NCBI GenBank assembly: GCA_963847445.1
Contig: CAWJZV010000027.1
Span: forward strand, 108,518 to 172,517
Direction of reading: 5' to 3'
Source: an uncultured delta proteobacterium
GTDB lineage: Bacteria > Desulfobacterota > Binatia > UBA9968
Length of the DNA stretch: 64,000 nucleotides
Shown: piece by piece, positions 51,966 to 60,980 of the stretch
Layout of the letters: each line of letters opens with the position of its first letter
How positions within the stretch are numbered: position 1 is the first letter of the stretch
Made by a program: the position numbers and the translations under genes
Notes under the pieces: generated by a model
Told to the model about the DNA's origin: nothing
Seen by the model: the letters and a program-made list of their open reading frames with translations, nothing else
Databases searched by the model: none

Positions 51966-53171
51966 TCAACTCCACAGCTTCTTGCTTGCGATCGCCGCGC
52001 CTTCGCGTAGCGCGCGCAGCTTGGCCCAGGCGATTTGTGGATGGACGCGGCCGCCCAGGCCGCAATCGGTGCCGGCGATGACGTTTTCTCTCCCGACGAT
52101 GTCGGCGAAGGCGACGATGCGGTCGGCCACCAGTTCGGGGTGCTCGATGAGATCGGTGGAGTGGCTGACAACGCCGGGGATGAGAATTTTTCCGGCTGGC
52201 AATTTCACATCGCGCCAGACTTTGTATTCATGTTCGTGGCGGACGTTGCCGGCTTCGACCAGGTACGCCTGGGCGTTGACCTTGAGCATGATATCGACGA
52301 TGTCGCGCAGCGGAAAATCAGTGGTGTGCGGACCATGCCAGCTGCCCCAGCAGATGTGAAAGCGCACGCGCTCCGTTGGGATTCCTTGGAGCGCGCGATT
52401 CAAAATCTCGACGCGCTGCGATGCGTAGCGTCGATACTCCTCGACGCTTGGCTGCGGATCGAGCATGTCCCAGGCACCGGGCAGACCGGGATCGTCGAGT
52501 TGCAGGATGAAGCCGGCGTCGATGATCGCGCGATATTCTTCGCGCAGCGCCGCGGCGAGCGCTTCCAAGAACTTTTCCGTTGTCGGGTAATAACTGTTCT
52601 GATCGCGGCAGAACATCTCCAGGCTGCCGGGGGCGATGGCGCTGACGAATGCTTCGCCGATGCCGGCGCTATCGGTAGCGGCCTTCAAGTTACCAAGCTG
52701 CTCGCGCAAAAAAGCTTGCCCGGTGTAGGCGATGGGCCCGGTGCAAGTTGGCCGCATGGCGGCGGTGCTCGGCGCGCCGAGCCCGGTATCAGCGTAGAAT
52801 TCAGCGAACTGGCGCTGCTCCCAGCGCACGCCGACGATGCGCATCGCCGCTCCGGGCGCAGCGGTATCGGGCGCGATGGTTTGCGCCGAAGTTGCCGTGA
52901 AGCCGGAGAGGCGGTCGAAGATATAGTTGCCCCAAGCGCCGCGGTCGGTGGCGGCGCGCATGGGCTTGCCGAACTCGCCGTCGTTGGGAATATCGATGCC
53001 GGCGCTTTTCTGCGCCAGCACGACCTCGCCGATGGCGGAGCGCAGCCGCGTTTGCAGTGTGGCTTCGTCCTCAGCCGGGCTGGATTGCTTTGCCCACATG
53101 GCGCGCAGGTCGGCCGGCCGCGGCAGACTGCCGACGTGGGTGGTGAGAATTCGTTCCGTGCTTCGTTTCAT
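51966..53171 (-). CDS. Cobalamin-independent methionine synthase II family protein (single MetE C-terminal-like domain)
   Basis: TTHVGSLPRP, DGEF, QLDDP, HICWG, IPGVV, GTDCG. Confidence 0.9.
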   Translation of the reverse strand: MKRSTERILTTHVGSLPRPADLRAMWAKQSSPAEDEATLQTRLRSAIGEVVLAQKSAGIDIPNDGEFGKPMRAATDRGAWGNYIFDRLSGFTATSAQTIAPDTAAPGAAMRIVGVRWEQRQFAEFYADTGLGAPSTAAMRPTCTGPIAYTGQAFLREQLGNLKAATDSAGIGEAFVSAIAPGSLEMFCRDQNSYYPTTEKFLEALAAALREEYRAIIDAGFILQLDDPGLPGAWDMLDPQPSVEEYRRYASQRVEILNRALQGIPTERVRFHICWGSWHGPHTTDFPLRDIVDIMLKVNAQAYLVEAGNVRHEHEYKVWRDVKLPAGKILIPGVVSHSTDLIEHPELVADRIVAFADIVGRENVIAGTDCGLGGRVHPQIAWAKLRALREGAAIASKKLWS

Positions 53172-53392
53172 AGGCGCCGCCTCGCGGTGTTTATCTGCAA
53201 ACCTGGCGAAAGATGCCGGCAGAAGAAACGGTTAAGTTTCCAGCAATCAAACCCTGGCGCGATCTGGGCCGCTTTTTGAAATCTAACTATTCTATTGACG
53301 CAAAGTTGGTTGACGGTCAAGAAGCGCAGCGCCAATGACCATGAAGCACAGGAGGCACAGGGTCAAACTCTGAAAACCCGATTATTTTGCAA

Positions 53393-53509
53393 AAGCGGAA
53401 ACGACCCCATCCATTGGCGGACCCAGACGCGGCGCAGTCGGAGAAATTCGTGCGTGACGATGCCGAATGTGAGACAAGCATCGAACTCGGCCTCGACGAA
53501 CTCTGGCAA
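53393..53509 (-). mobile_element. Relic of an IS91-family (rolling-circle) transposase
   Basis: Own translation LPEFVEAEFDACLTFGIVTHEFLRLRRVWVRQWMGSFP, resembling LP.FV..EF...L.CG....GFLRLRC and PVRQWVLSFP with the Zn finger deleted. Confidence 0.6.
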
Positions 53510-53526
53510 AGTTAGCCGAATCCACG

Positions 53527-53563
53527 GGTTCTTGAGCGGGGTACAAACCCCCGCTCAAGAACC
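53527..53563. other. Perfect 15-bp hairpin
   Basis: ggttcttgagcgggg-tacaaac-ccccgctcaagaacc. Confidence 0.75.
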
Positions 53564-53618
53564 GCAATTTGGTGCCGCCTCAGGAGGCGGGTTTTGTTGA
53601 GTTACTCGGGTGAGAATT

Positions 53619-54215
53619 TCAGGCCTGGGTGTACCAGGTGGTATGGCGATCCACGGGCAGGCGCTTGGCCATGGTCGCCTGCTCGGAGTAGCCCAAGAAA
53701 ATGCACGCTACCGGCCGTTCTTTCTCTGTGAGTCCGAGGATTGGGCCAACGAAGTTTTGGTCGATCCAATCGCCCGTGCTGGGATAGCTGCCCAAGCCGC
53801 GCGCGTTGGCGGCGACCAGCAGGTTTTCAATGGCGCACCAGCAGGCCGCGTAGTTCTCCTGGTCGGTGATTTTTTTCTCGTCGCCAACCATGGAAACGAT
53901 GATCAGGACTGGGGAGGAATAACACTTATCCCGGGCGAATTTGAGAGCCTCTTCGCTGGCCTGCTCACCCTTTTTCTCGGCGGCCCAACGCACTGACGCC
54001 TGACGGGCTGCGACCAATCGCTCGCGCCCCTCTCCGGAGAACACGTGAAAACGCCAGGGATGGGTCAATTTGTGATTGGGCGCCCAGTGGGCGGCGTCGA
54101 GCAGCTCCTCGATCCACTCCCGAGGAATCTCGGTGGGAAGGTACTCCTTCACCGAGCGGCGCGACTTGATTGCGGTGAGCGCATCTGCGAGTGGGCGCTC
54201 CGTTGTGCTTGCCAT
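53619..54215 (-). CDS. Nitroreductase family protein (YdjA-like)
   Basis: RRSVK, WAPNHKLT.PWRF, NLLVAANARGLGS. Confidence 0.9.
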   Translation of the reverse strand: MASTTERPLADALTAIKSRRSVKEYLPTEIPREWIEELLDAAHWAPNHKLTHPWRFHVFSGEGRERLVAARQASVRWAAEKKGEQASEEALKFARDKCYSSPVLIIVSMVGDEKKITDQENYAACWCAIENLLVAANARGLGSYPSTGDWIDQNFVGPILGLTEKERPVACIFLGYSEQATMAKRLPVDRHTTWYTQA

Positions 54216-54668
54216 GATCTTACCTCCAAGTGTTGTGTGGACTATATGTATTGGAAATTTATACAACTTTTTTCTGGTCAGAGGAATATCGCCGGACCAG
54301 AGAGTTGTCAAACTAGGGATTAATGGCATTTATAACCTGACTATAATGCAAATCAAGTATCAGCATCAGGTCTTTCAGTGCCGTGATTGGGATCGTGATT
54401 ACTGAGTCATTTTGTTCAGCGGAGTCGCTCGAATCCTTTCTTGTTTTTTCAAGTTTCGCTACGCACGGCAGCAGGAGTCCGCATCAACGAGAACGCTTCC
54501 GGCCAAACCCGTGGCTTTCAAGGAGATCTTCTTTCGTGCGCTTAGCTCGCCGGACTCAACGCGGTTGCCAGCGACGGAAAGCCGACGCGCAGCTTTTCCG
54601 CGCCATGCACTTGTGTCGAATTTATCAGGAGAACCAAACCAAGCAGGCAAATTTGGTCGCGGCGGCGC

Positions 54669-55526
54669 TCATGCGTGTCCCTGCTTGAGAAAATACTCGA
54701 TATTGCGCTTGACCATCCAGGTCTTGCCCATGTGCGCGTAGGATCCGGACTTCATGTGGGTTTCGACGTCGCCCGCAGTGTATTTGCCGGCCGTCATTTC
54801 CACCAATCTCTGATGAAAGTCATTCAAGTAGGCGCGAAATTCGGCGAAGGCGGCTCGGTAAGCTTCCCCGCCTTCGGATACTGGCCCATGGCCGGGGAGC
54901 ACGGAAGTAAAGCTCTGGGTCATCAGGTTATCGATGCTGCAAATCCAGTTCGGAATGTCGCCGTAAACCGTCACCGGATGATAGCGGGTGTAGAGCAGGT
55001 CGCCGGCGAACAGGATGCGGTCCCGCTCGATGTAGGCGATCGAATCTCCCAGGCTATGGCTTTTACCGTTGTGCGCGGAGTGCAGCACCTGCACATCTAC
55101 ACCGGGAAGGTGAATCGTCATCGACTTGGCGAAAGTCAGTTGCAATTGGCCCATCTTGAGATCGGGATAGCGGCTTTTTAGTCCCGGCTCTCGGCCCGCC
55201 ATCTCGGCAAACTTGGCGTCGCCGTCTATTTGCAGGGCTTCCCAGCATCCGTCGCTGCCGATGATCACGGCGCCGTTTTTCTCGAAGTAGTGATTCGCCG
55301 AGCTGTGATCGAAGTTCTCGTGCGTATTGAGCAGATACTTTACCCGGGTGCAGCCGGCGCGCTGCAAGCCGTCGTCGATCTCGTCCATCCGGCGGATATC
55401 GGCGTCGATCAACAGGGCGGAGCCGTCGGCGCCTTTGACCAGGCCGAAATTGGTCAAGCCATCGTCGCCGATGATCGCGAACGCCGAGTCATTGAACTTG
55501 TGCAGATTAGCGCTGTTGTTGCTCAT
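54669..55526 (-). CDS. MBL-fold metallo-hydrolase (cyclase-like)
   Basis: NTHENFDH, HSLGD, LFAGDL, LPGHG. Confidence 0.85.
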   Translation of the reverse strand: MSNNSANLHKFNDSAFAIIGDDGLTNFGLVKGADGSALLIDADIRRMDEIDDGLQRAGCTRVKYLLNTHENFDHSSANHYFEKNGAVIIGSDGCWEALQIDGDAKFAEMAGREPGLKSRYPDLKMGQLQLTFAKSMTIHLPGVDVQVLHSAHNGKSHSLGDSIAYIERDRILFAGDLLYTRYHPVTVYGDIPNWICSIDNLMTQSFTSVLPGHGPVSEGGEAYRAAFAEFRAYLNDFHQRLVEMTAGKYTAGDVETHMKSGSYAHMGKTWMVKRNIEYFLKQGHA

Positions 55527-55827
55527 ACAAGTGTATTCCCCAAGTAAAATTTGCGTCGTACTCTTATCGTCATAATCGCTTACCGTCAAGATTCATCTGA
55601 TTTGCTGCGCGGGCTTGACGGACACGGCGCTGAACGGGAGGCGGGAGGCAAGGGGAGGAAACCAGGCTTCTACACCATGGCTACTTAACCTAGATAAGAG
55701 TTTTTTTTCGCGGTGAAATTAAAGAGTTCACAGAAGCTTGGGTGTTTGATAACCTCGAGACATTCGCAAAACATGAAATCGAACTCATGTTAACAAGTCA
55801 GGAGAATTCACGGAGCGGCAACCAATT

Positions 55828-56802
55828 ATGAATCATCCTTGGCGATATTTCCCCCGCGCACTGCTGAGCCAGCTGGTCATTTTACTGCTCGCTGTTGCAG
55901 TGAACGCGGCGGAGCTGAAGAAATTTCGCCTCGGCTACTCGACCGTTGGGCCGGCGGGAACCGGGTTGTGGATGGCCAAGGAGATCGGCGCCTTCGAAAA
56001 GTATGGCATCGATGCCGACCTGATTTTTATCTCCTCGGGTCCCGTGGTGGTGCAGGCGCTGATCGGCGGCGACTTGCAGGGCGGCTTTGCCGCGACCAAC
56101 GCGGTGATCGCCGCGGTGATGGGCGGCGCGCCGCTGGTTTCGATCATGAGTTTGGTCAATCGTCCCTATTATCGGCTGTGGGTGCAGCCGGAGATTACCC
56201 GCGTCGAAGAATTGCGCGGCAAAACCTTGGGCGTGTCGCGCTTCGGTTCGGTGACCGACAACATGACCCGCATATTGTTGCGCAAGAAAAACCTCGAAGG
56301 CGCGGTCAATGTGCGCCAGTTCGGCGGCACCACGGAAATCGCCGCGGCTTTTCTGCACAAGCAAATCGCCGGCGCGGTGATCTCGGCGCTGCGCGTCAAT
56401 GCGCCGATGCGCATGCTGGTTGACTTGTCCGAGCTGGACTTTCTCTACTCCAACGTCGTGATCACGGTGTCGCGAGACTTTCACAAGCGCGCGCCGGAAA
56501 CGCTGGAGGCCTTTGTGCGCGCCTATCTCGAAGGCGTCGCGGCGGCGCACGAGCAAAAGGACAGGGCGTTCAAGGTGATTCAAAAATACACCCGGCTCAA
56601 AGATCAGAAGTTGATCGAAGAGCTTTACAACGATTCCGTTAAGTTCCTAGAGCGCGTGCCGCGCCTGGAGTCTGAAGCGATTGCGCCAATTGTCGAATTC
56701 ATGGGCAAAAAGCCGATCGCCGTCGAAACCATCGCCGACAACTCCATCATTGATCGGCTGGTGCGCGAAGGATTTGTCGACAAGCTCTACAAGAAGCGCT
56801 AA
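55828..56802 (+). CDS. ABC substrate-binding protein, NMT1/SsuA-like
   Basis: Signal peptide; FEKYGID, LRGKTLGVSRFGS.TD, EGFVDKLY. Confidence 0.88.
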   Translation: MNHPWRYFPRALLSQLVILLLAVAVNAAELKKFRLGYSTVGPAGTGLWMAKEIGAFEKYGIDADLIFISSGPVVVQALIGGDLQGGFAATNAVIAAVMGGAPLVSIMSLVNRPYYRLWVQPEITRVEELRGKTLGVSRFGSVTDNMTRILLRKKNLEGAVNVRQFGGTTEIAAAFLHKQIAGAVISALRVNAPMRMLVDLSELDFLYSNVVITVSRDFHKRAPETLEAFVRAYLEGVAAAHEQKDRAFKVIQKYTRLKDQKLIEELYNDSVKFLERVPRLESEAIAPIVEFMGKKPIAVETIADNSIIDRLVREGFVDKLYKKR

Positions 56803-56858
56803 GCGTCGGCAGCGACGTGACTAGCACGAACGGCTCGCATAAACGACCGGCAGCAAAG

Positions 56859-57447
56859 TCAAAATTTCGGCAGCGCGGCTCGCTCTTGCTCGGAGTATCT
56901 CGACATCGCCGCGACGTCTTCCATCCTGACCGTGATATTGCCGCTCAACTGGTGTTGGAGACTGAGCAGAGTCGTCCCGTCACGCCAAACCGCTGTTCGG
57001 CTATCGCCCAAGGCCGGTCCGTACTTATCGGAGGTTTCGTTGACGAGCTGATTCCATCCTGCCGATCCGAAGTTGCGATATTCGATCATGATCAGCGCCA
57101 ATCTGCCGGTAGTGAAGAGAACTGCCATATTGATCGCGCCCTCAGGCAATGCGTTGGAGTAGCTGTAAAAATTGCCATCATCCCCGTTGTTGGTAATCTG
57201 CACGCCTTTTTTTGCAGCGGTGAACGTTGATTCGTCGTCACCGAGCCGAAGGGTTGCGAAATTTCTGTCGATCGGTCGAAGTGCATTGGTTTTCGTTTGC
57301 GGCGAGTTTGTATTCTTGGCTCCCTGGCGGCCGACCGCTTCGAAGTGGACGACGCCATTTTTGTCCGTCCACTGCTTGACCTGGGTGAATGCGGGAGTGG
57401 ATAGAAAAATCACCGAGAACAACGAAAGCAAAAATAGTGCAACGCAT
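56859..57447 (-). CDS. DUF4124-domain exported protein (probable start 57447, indel in signal peptide)
   Basis: QWTDKNGVVHF motif; SD aggagg before ATG 57447. Confidence 0.7.
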
Positions 57448-57551
57448 TGGCCCTCCTTTTGTCTTGGTGCCACGGCACGCGGAATTTCAATTTGCGGCGT
57501 TTTTGAACTATTCCTCCTCCTTGAAATAATTCACCTCCGCTATTTGTAAAC

Positions 57552-57567
57552 AGCAATCCCGATGCCA
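57552..57567 (-). promoter_or_regulatory. sigma54 (-24/-12) promoter
   Basis: Minus strand TGGCATCGGGATTGCT matches TGGCAY-N5-TTGCW. Confidence 0.6.
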
Positions 57568-57846
57568 CAAAAAGCTCAAAATAATGATAAATTTTATTGC
57601 CACCGCTTCCGGATTATTCGGACAAGTAGTGGTTTCATGAAGGAAGTTTCCTCCAAAGTCTTGCAACTCTGGCTATGGACCCGTTCGTGCAAGCATGAAA
57701 CAGTGTGCGTATCGACGCCACCGATGGCCGATTTGAATATGGAAAAAAACCAGTTGGTGATGTAAGGGTTGCGCGGCTGTTGTTCTAAACAAATCGAGAT
57801 TTATGCAAATGGCCCGTGTACCATCGCCCGCTGCGATTAGGCAAAA

Positions 57847-58422
57847 TCAGTTGCCCAGCTTCATCGCCTTGGGACGGGCGACAAGACGATCGACGTAGGA
57901 TTCGATAGCTGGCCGGCTCGGGGGCGCGCCGAAGATGCGTTTCCAAATGAACATGGAGCCGATCATGATATCGGCGGCGGTGAACCAGTCGCCGAATAAA
58001 TAGGGCCCCTCGCCGAGCTCGCCCTCGACGACGGTTTGCGCCGTTGCGAAATCGGTCCAGCCGCGCTGGGGCAGGTGCTCTACTTTTAATAATGCGTCGC
58101 CCATCGCGGGCTCGAGCTGAGAGGTGGAGTAAACCATCAACGAAAGATAGCGGCCCCGTTCGGGCGCGCTGATTGCGGGTGCAAGGTTCGCTTGCGGAAA
58201 CTTGTCGCCGAGATAAAGGCAGATCGCCGTTCCTTCAAAGATTTTCGAGTCGCCGTCGACGAGGGCGGGCAGCTTGCCGGCCGGGTTGATCTGGAGGAAC
58301 TCCGGCGCCTTGTGTTCGCCTTTGGTAAAATCGATGGGAACGATCTCATACTGCGCACTACACTCGTCAAGCATCCACTTGGCGATTACCGCGCGACTTT
58401 GAGGATTGTAGTAAAGCTTCAT
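57847..58422 (-). CDS. Glutathione S-transferase family protein
   Basis: LYYNPQSRA, INPAGKLPAL, FTAADI. Confidence 0.92.
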   Translation of the reverse strand: MKLYYNPQSRAVIAKWMLDECSAQYEIVPIDFTKGEHKAPEFLQINPAGKLPALVDGDSKIFEGTAICLYLGDKFPQANLAPAISAPERGRYLSLMVYSTSQLEPAMGDALLKVEHLPQRGWTDFATAQTVVEGELGEGPYLFGDWFTAADIMIGSMFIWKRIFGAPPSRPAIESYVDRLVARPKAMKLGN

Positions 58423-58612
58423 GGCATCACCTTTTCATCCGAACCACGGTTCGGTTTGATATTTAAAGTTTCCAAACTAAATCGCGTGAAATCAACCCGG
58501 CGGAAAATTCTTTCTATGACGATCCGGCAAGGCGGCCGGGATTGAGTGAGGATGATCGGCGCGAAATGTTCGACGGCTTGTGACGCCGTGGCGACCAACT
58601 TATTTTTACTCG

Positions 58613-59119
58613 TTAGTTCAACTGCCTTGTTCTGCGGAAATGCCAGGCAAGCCAGCAATAGACGAAGAACATAGCGGCGTAATTGGCCGCCATGAGCCAA
58701 GGCGTTGACCACGGAACGCCGTCGACGAAGGGTGTCGGCAAAGGCCACAGAAACGGCGTGGGAAAATAGCCCGTGACATGGGTGGGAATATCGCAAACGA
58801 TATGCAGCAGCCAAGCAGTGAAAAGCCATGGAGGTTTCTTGATCAGCGCCCACAGCAGCGCAAAGCCGGCCGCCCAAACGATCATGCTGTGAGTGACGTT
58901 ATAAGAGTGAAAGACATACGGCGGCAGCGACGCCAGCGCCGGCGGTCCGGAGATATTTCCCAGTAAACGCTCGGCAAGCCACCCCGGCTGGGTCATGTGA
59001 AAAACCCCGAACGATAGCAGATCGGGCGCCATGCCGAGCAGGGCAGCGGCTAAAAACTGCTTGCGGCTCTGCCGATAAAACAGCGCGCCGCCCCACAGTC
59101 CATGAGCAACGACATCCAT
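58613..59119 (-). CDS. Membrane-bound metal-dependent hydrolase (YdjM-like)
   Basis: MD..AH, PDL, THS, H...D..TH, PFLWP. Confidence 0.78.
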   Translation of the reverse strand: MDVVAHGLWGGALFYRQSRKQFLAAALLGMAPDLLSFGVFHMTQPGWLAERLLGNISGPPALASLPPYVFHSYNVTHSMIVWAAGFALLWALIKKPPWLFTAWLLHIVCDIPTHVTGYFPTPFLWPLPTPFVDGVPWSTPWLMAANYAAMFFVYCWLAWHFRRTRQLN

Positions 59120-59297
59120 ACGAGTTAATCATAACTCGAATTTATGACGATCACAGAATAATTTTTGCCAGCTCAGAAGCTGCTCTCGCACCGACTACGC
59201 GTCGAGCAACAGTTCGATCAGTCGCTACACTGTCAGAATGGCGGGGCTATGGCCGGTTCCAAGCTAGGGTCCAGCAGCGGTGAATTGCGCCGAAAAG

Positions 59298-59325
59298 GCA
59301 AGGGAGGCATTTCGCCTCCCTTGTC
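59298..59325. terminator. Hairpin downstream of hsp20
   Basis: caagggaggc-atttc-gcctcccttg. Confidence 0.55.
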
Positions 59326-59347
59326 GCTTTGCGGTTCTAGCAGCGAA

Positions 59348-59794
59348 TTACTGCACGTTAATTTCGATTTGCCGCGGTTTGGCCTCTTCGGCCTTTGGCA
59401 CGCGGATTTCGAGAATGCCGTCTTTATAGGTAGCTGCGACGCCGTCCGGTTTCGCTGTCTCGGGCAGTGAGAACGAGCGCCAGAACTTTGCCGCGACCCG
59501 TTCGACGTGGCGGTATTCAACGCCATCAGCCGGCGTTTCGGACTTGGTTTCACCGCTGAGCACCAGCTTGCCGTCTTTAACCTCGACTTTGATGTCTTCC
59601 CGTTTCATTCCAGGAAGCTCGGCGCGAATCAAATAAGCGTCCTTGCTCTCCAACACATCTACTGCTGGATGCCACTGACGATCATTGGGCCGTGCTGACG
59701 ACCGCTCTAAATTTTCCTCGAATAAGTCGGAAAATAGAGAGCGAAAGTTACCAACGCGGGCAAACGGTTCAAATCTTACGAGTTCCATATTCAT
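59348..59794 (-). CDS. Hsp20/alpha-crystallin small heat shock protein
   Basis: PAVDV.E, AELPG, ER....F.RSF.LP, A.YKDGILEI.VPK. Confidence 0.95.
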   Translation of the reverse strand: MNMELVRFEPFARVGNFRSLFSDLFEENLERSSARPNDRQWHPAVDVLESKDAYLIRAELPGMKREDIKVEVKDGKLVLSGETKSETPADGVEYRHVERVAAKFWRSFSLPETAKPDGVAATYKDGILEIRVPKAEEAKPRQIEINVQ

Positions 59795-59815
59795 GACCTC
59801 CTTGTGATGGGTGAA

Positions 59816-59844
59816 AAATAAGCACCGCCCACTACTGCGTCAAG
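59816..59844 (-). promoter_or_regulatory. Possible RpoH-type heat-shock promoter
   Basis: Minus strand CTTGAC-N15-GCTTATTT just upstream of the hsp20 SD. Confidence 0.4.
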
Positions 59845-60053
59845 TGGCTTGACAAATACCGCTATCGTGATTATCGGCGGCGTTTTGAAAAGGCGCTTTG
59901 AATGCTACAGAAAGCGCGCCGGATTAGGCTTTAACAACCCGAGTTTTTATGCATGCCCGACTTCACTCACTCAGCATCGGATCGGCAAAGAGCGTCCTCA
60001 CGGCTGAACACCAAACTTTAGTTGCGCTCTGCCGACGAATTCCCGCAAGTAAC

Positions 60054-60716
60054 TCACCCCGCGCATTTCACCGCAAAATGATTCCAAGCGCGCTCCACGG
60101 AAGTGGGCTTGAAAGTTCGTTTGGCGATCTTTTCGGCCTCGTCTCGCTCCATGAACATGGGCGTGCCGAGCCGCATCGCTTCGGCTTGCAGCCGCGCCGA
60201 CTCTTCCAAAAACAATCCCAGCATGCAGACCTCGCGAATCGACTGGCCGACGACCACCGCGCCGTGGCCGCGCAGCATCAGCGCCTTGGCATCGCCGAGC
60301 AGCTTGGCCATTTCCCCGGCCCGCGCCGGCGATTCGACCTGCCCCGTGCCGGTGTAGAGTGGCACGCCCTGGTAGAAAATCGCGCCGTAGTTGTGCATCG
60401 GGCGAATGGTTTGGCCGATGACGCTCAGGAGCACCACTGCCGGCGAATGAAAATGAAAAACCGCCCTGACATCGGGGCGGGTTTTGTAGATCGCCTGGTG
60501 CAAGGAAGACTGCGGCACGGGTTTGTCGAAGTCGACGAAGAATAACTCGTCCTTCTGCACCAGCGCCGGACTCTTGCGCGGCATGAACATCATCTCGTTG
60601 CCGTCGTAGCTGCGGGCGCTCAAATGGGCGAAGGCGTCGCTCAACCCTTCGTGGTAAATAATTCGCAGCGCCGTGATGAAATCGCATTTTACCGCATGGT
60701 AGGATTCGTCGATCAT
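60054..60716 (-). CDS. Class II aldolase/adducin family protein
   Basis: AHLSAR, LHQAIY..RPDV.AV.HFHS, LMLRGHG. Confidence 0.9.
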   Translation of the reverse strand: MIDESYHAVKCDFITALRIIYHEGLSDAFAHLSARSYDGNEMMFMPRKSPALVQKDELFFVDFDKPVPQSSLHQAIYKTRPDVRAVFHFHSPAVVLLSVIGQTIRPMHNYGAIFYQGVPLYTGTGQVESPARAGEMAKLLGDAKALMLRGHGAVVVGQSIREVCMLGLFLEESARLQAEAMRLGTPMFMERDEAEKIAKRTFKPTSVERAWNHFAVKCAG

Positions 60717-60810
60717 GATTTCGTTTTCCTTTCACGCCAAGTTGCAGCGTTTCGAGCGGCGGCCAGGCGCATCCCTGTACCGTTCCTCTCTGTATTGGTA
60801 TGGAATCTAT

Positions 60811-60943
60811 CTATTGATCCGAGACGCATTCTCGCCAGTAGTAAGGCCGCCGTTTACCGTGAGCCACGGCGAGAACCACCACCTCCTGACCGTGCACTTC
60901 GTAAATAACCGAACAGGGAAACTTGCGAACGATGAAGCGCCCC
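60811..60943 (-). pseudogene. C-terminal relic of a ParE/RelE toxin
   Basis: Own translation RFIVRKFPCSVIYEVHGQEVVVLAVAHGKRRPYYWRE, matching the ParE-like FPY.IIY...LAVAH..R.P.YW pattern. Confidence 0.72.
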
Positions 60944-60980
60944 CTTTGGCTGTCAAACTTAGCCGGCGCGTACCGGCGAC

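Noticed and set aside
51966-53171. Canonical metE
   Set aside because: Single-domain 401-aa protein lacking the N-terminal folate-binding half, so no gene symbol was assigned.
59800-59860. CIRCE element upstream of hsp20
   Set aside because: Only a partial TAAGCAC half-site is present; the second arm is missing.
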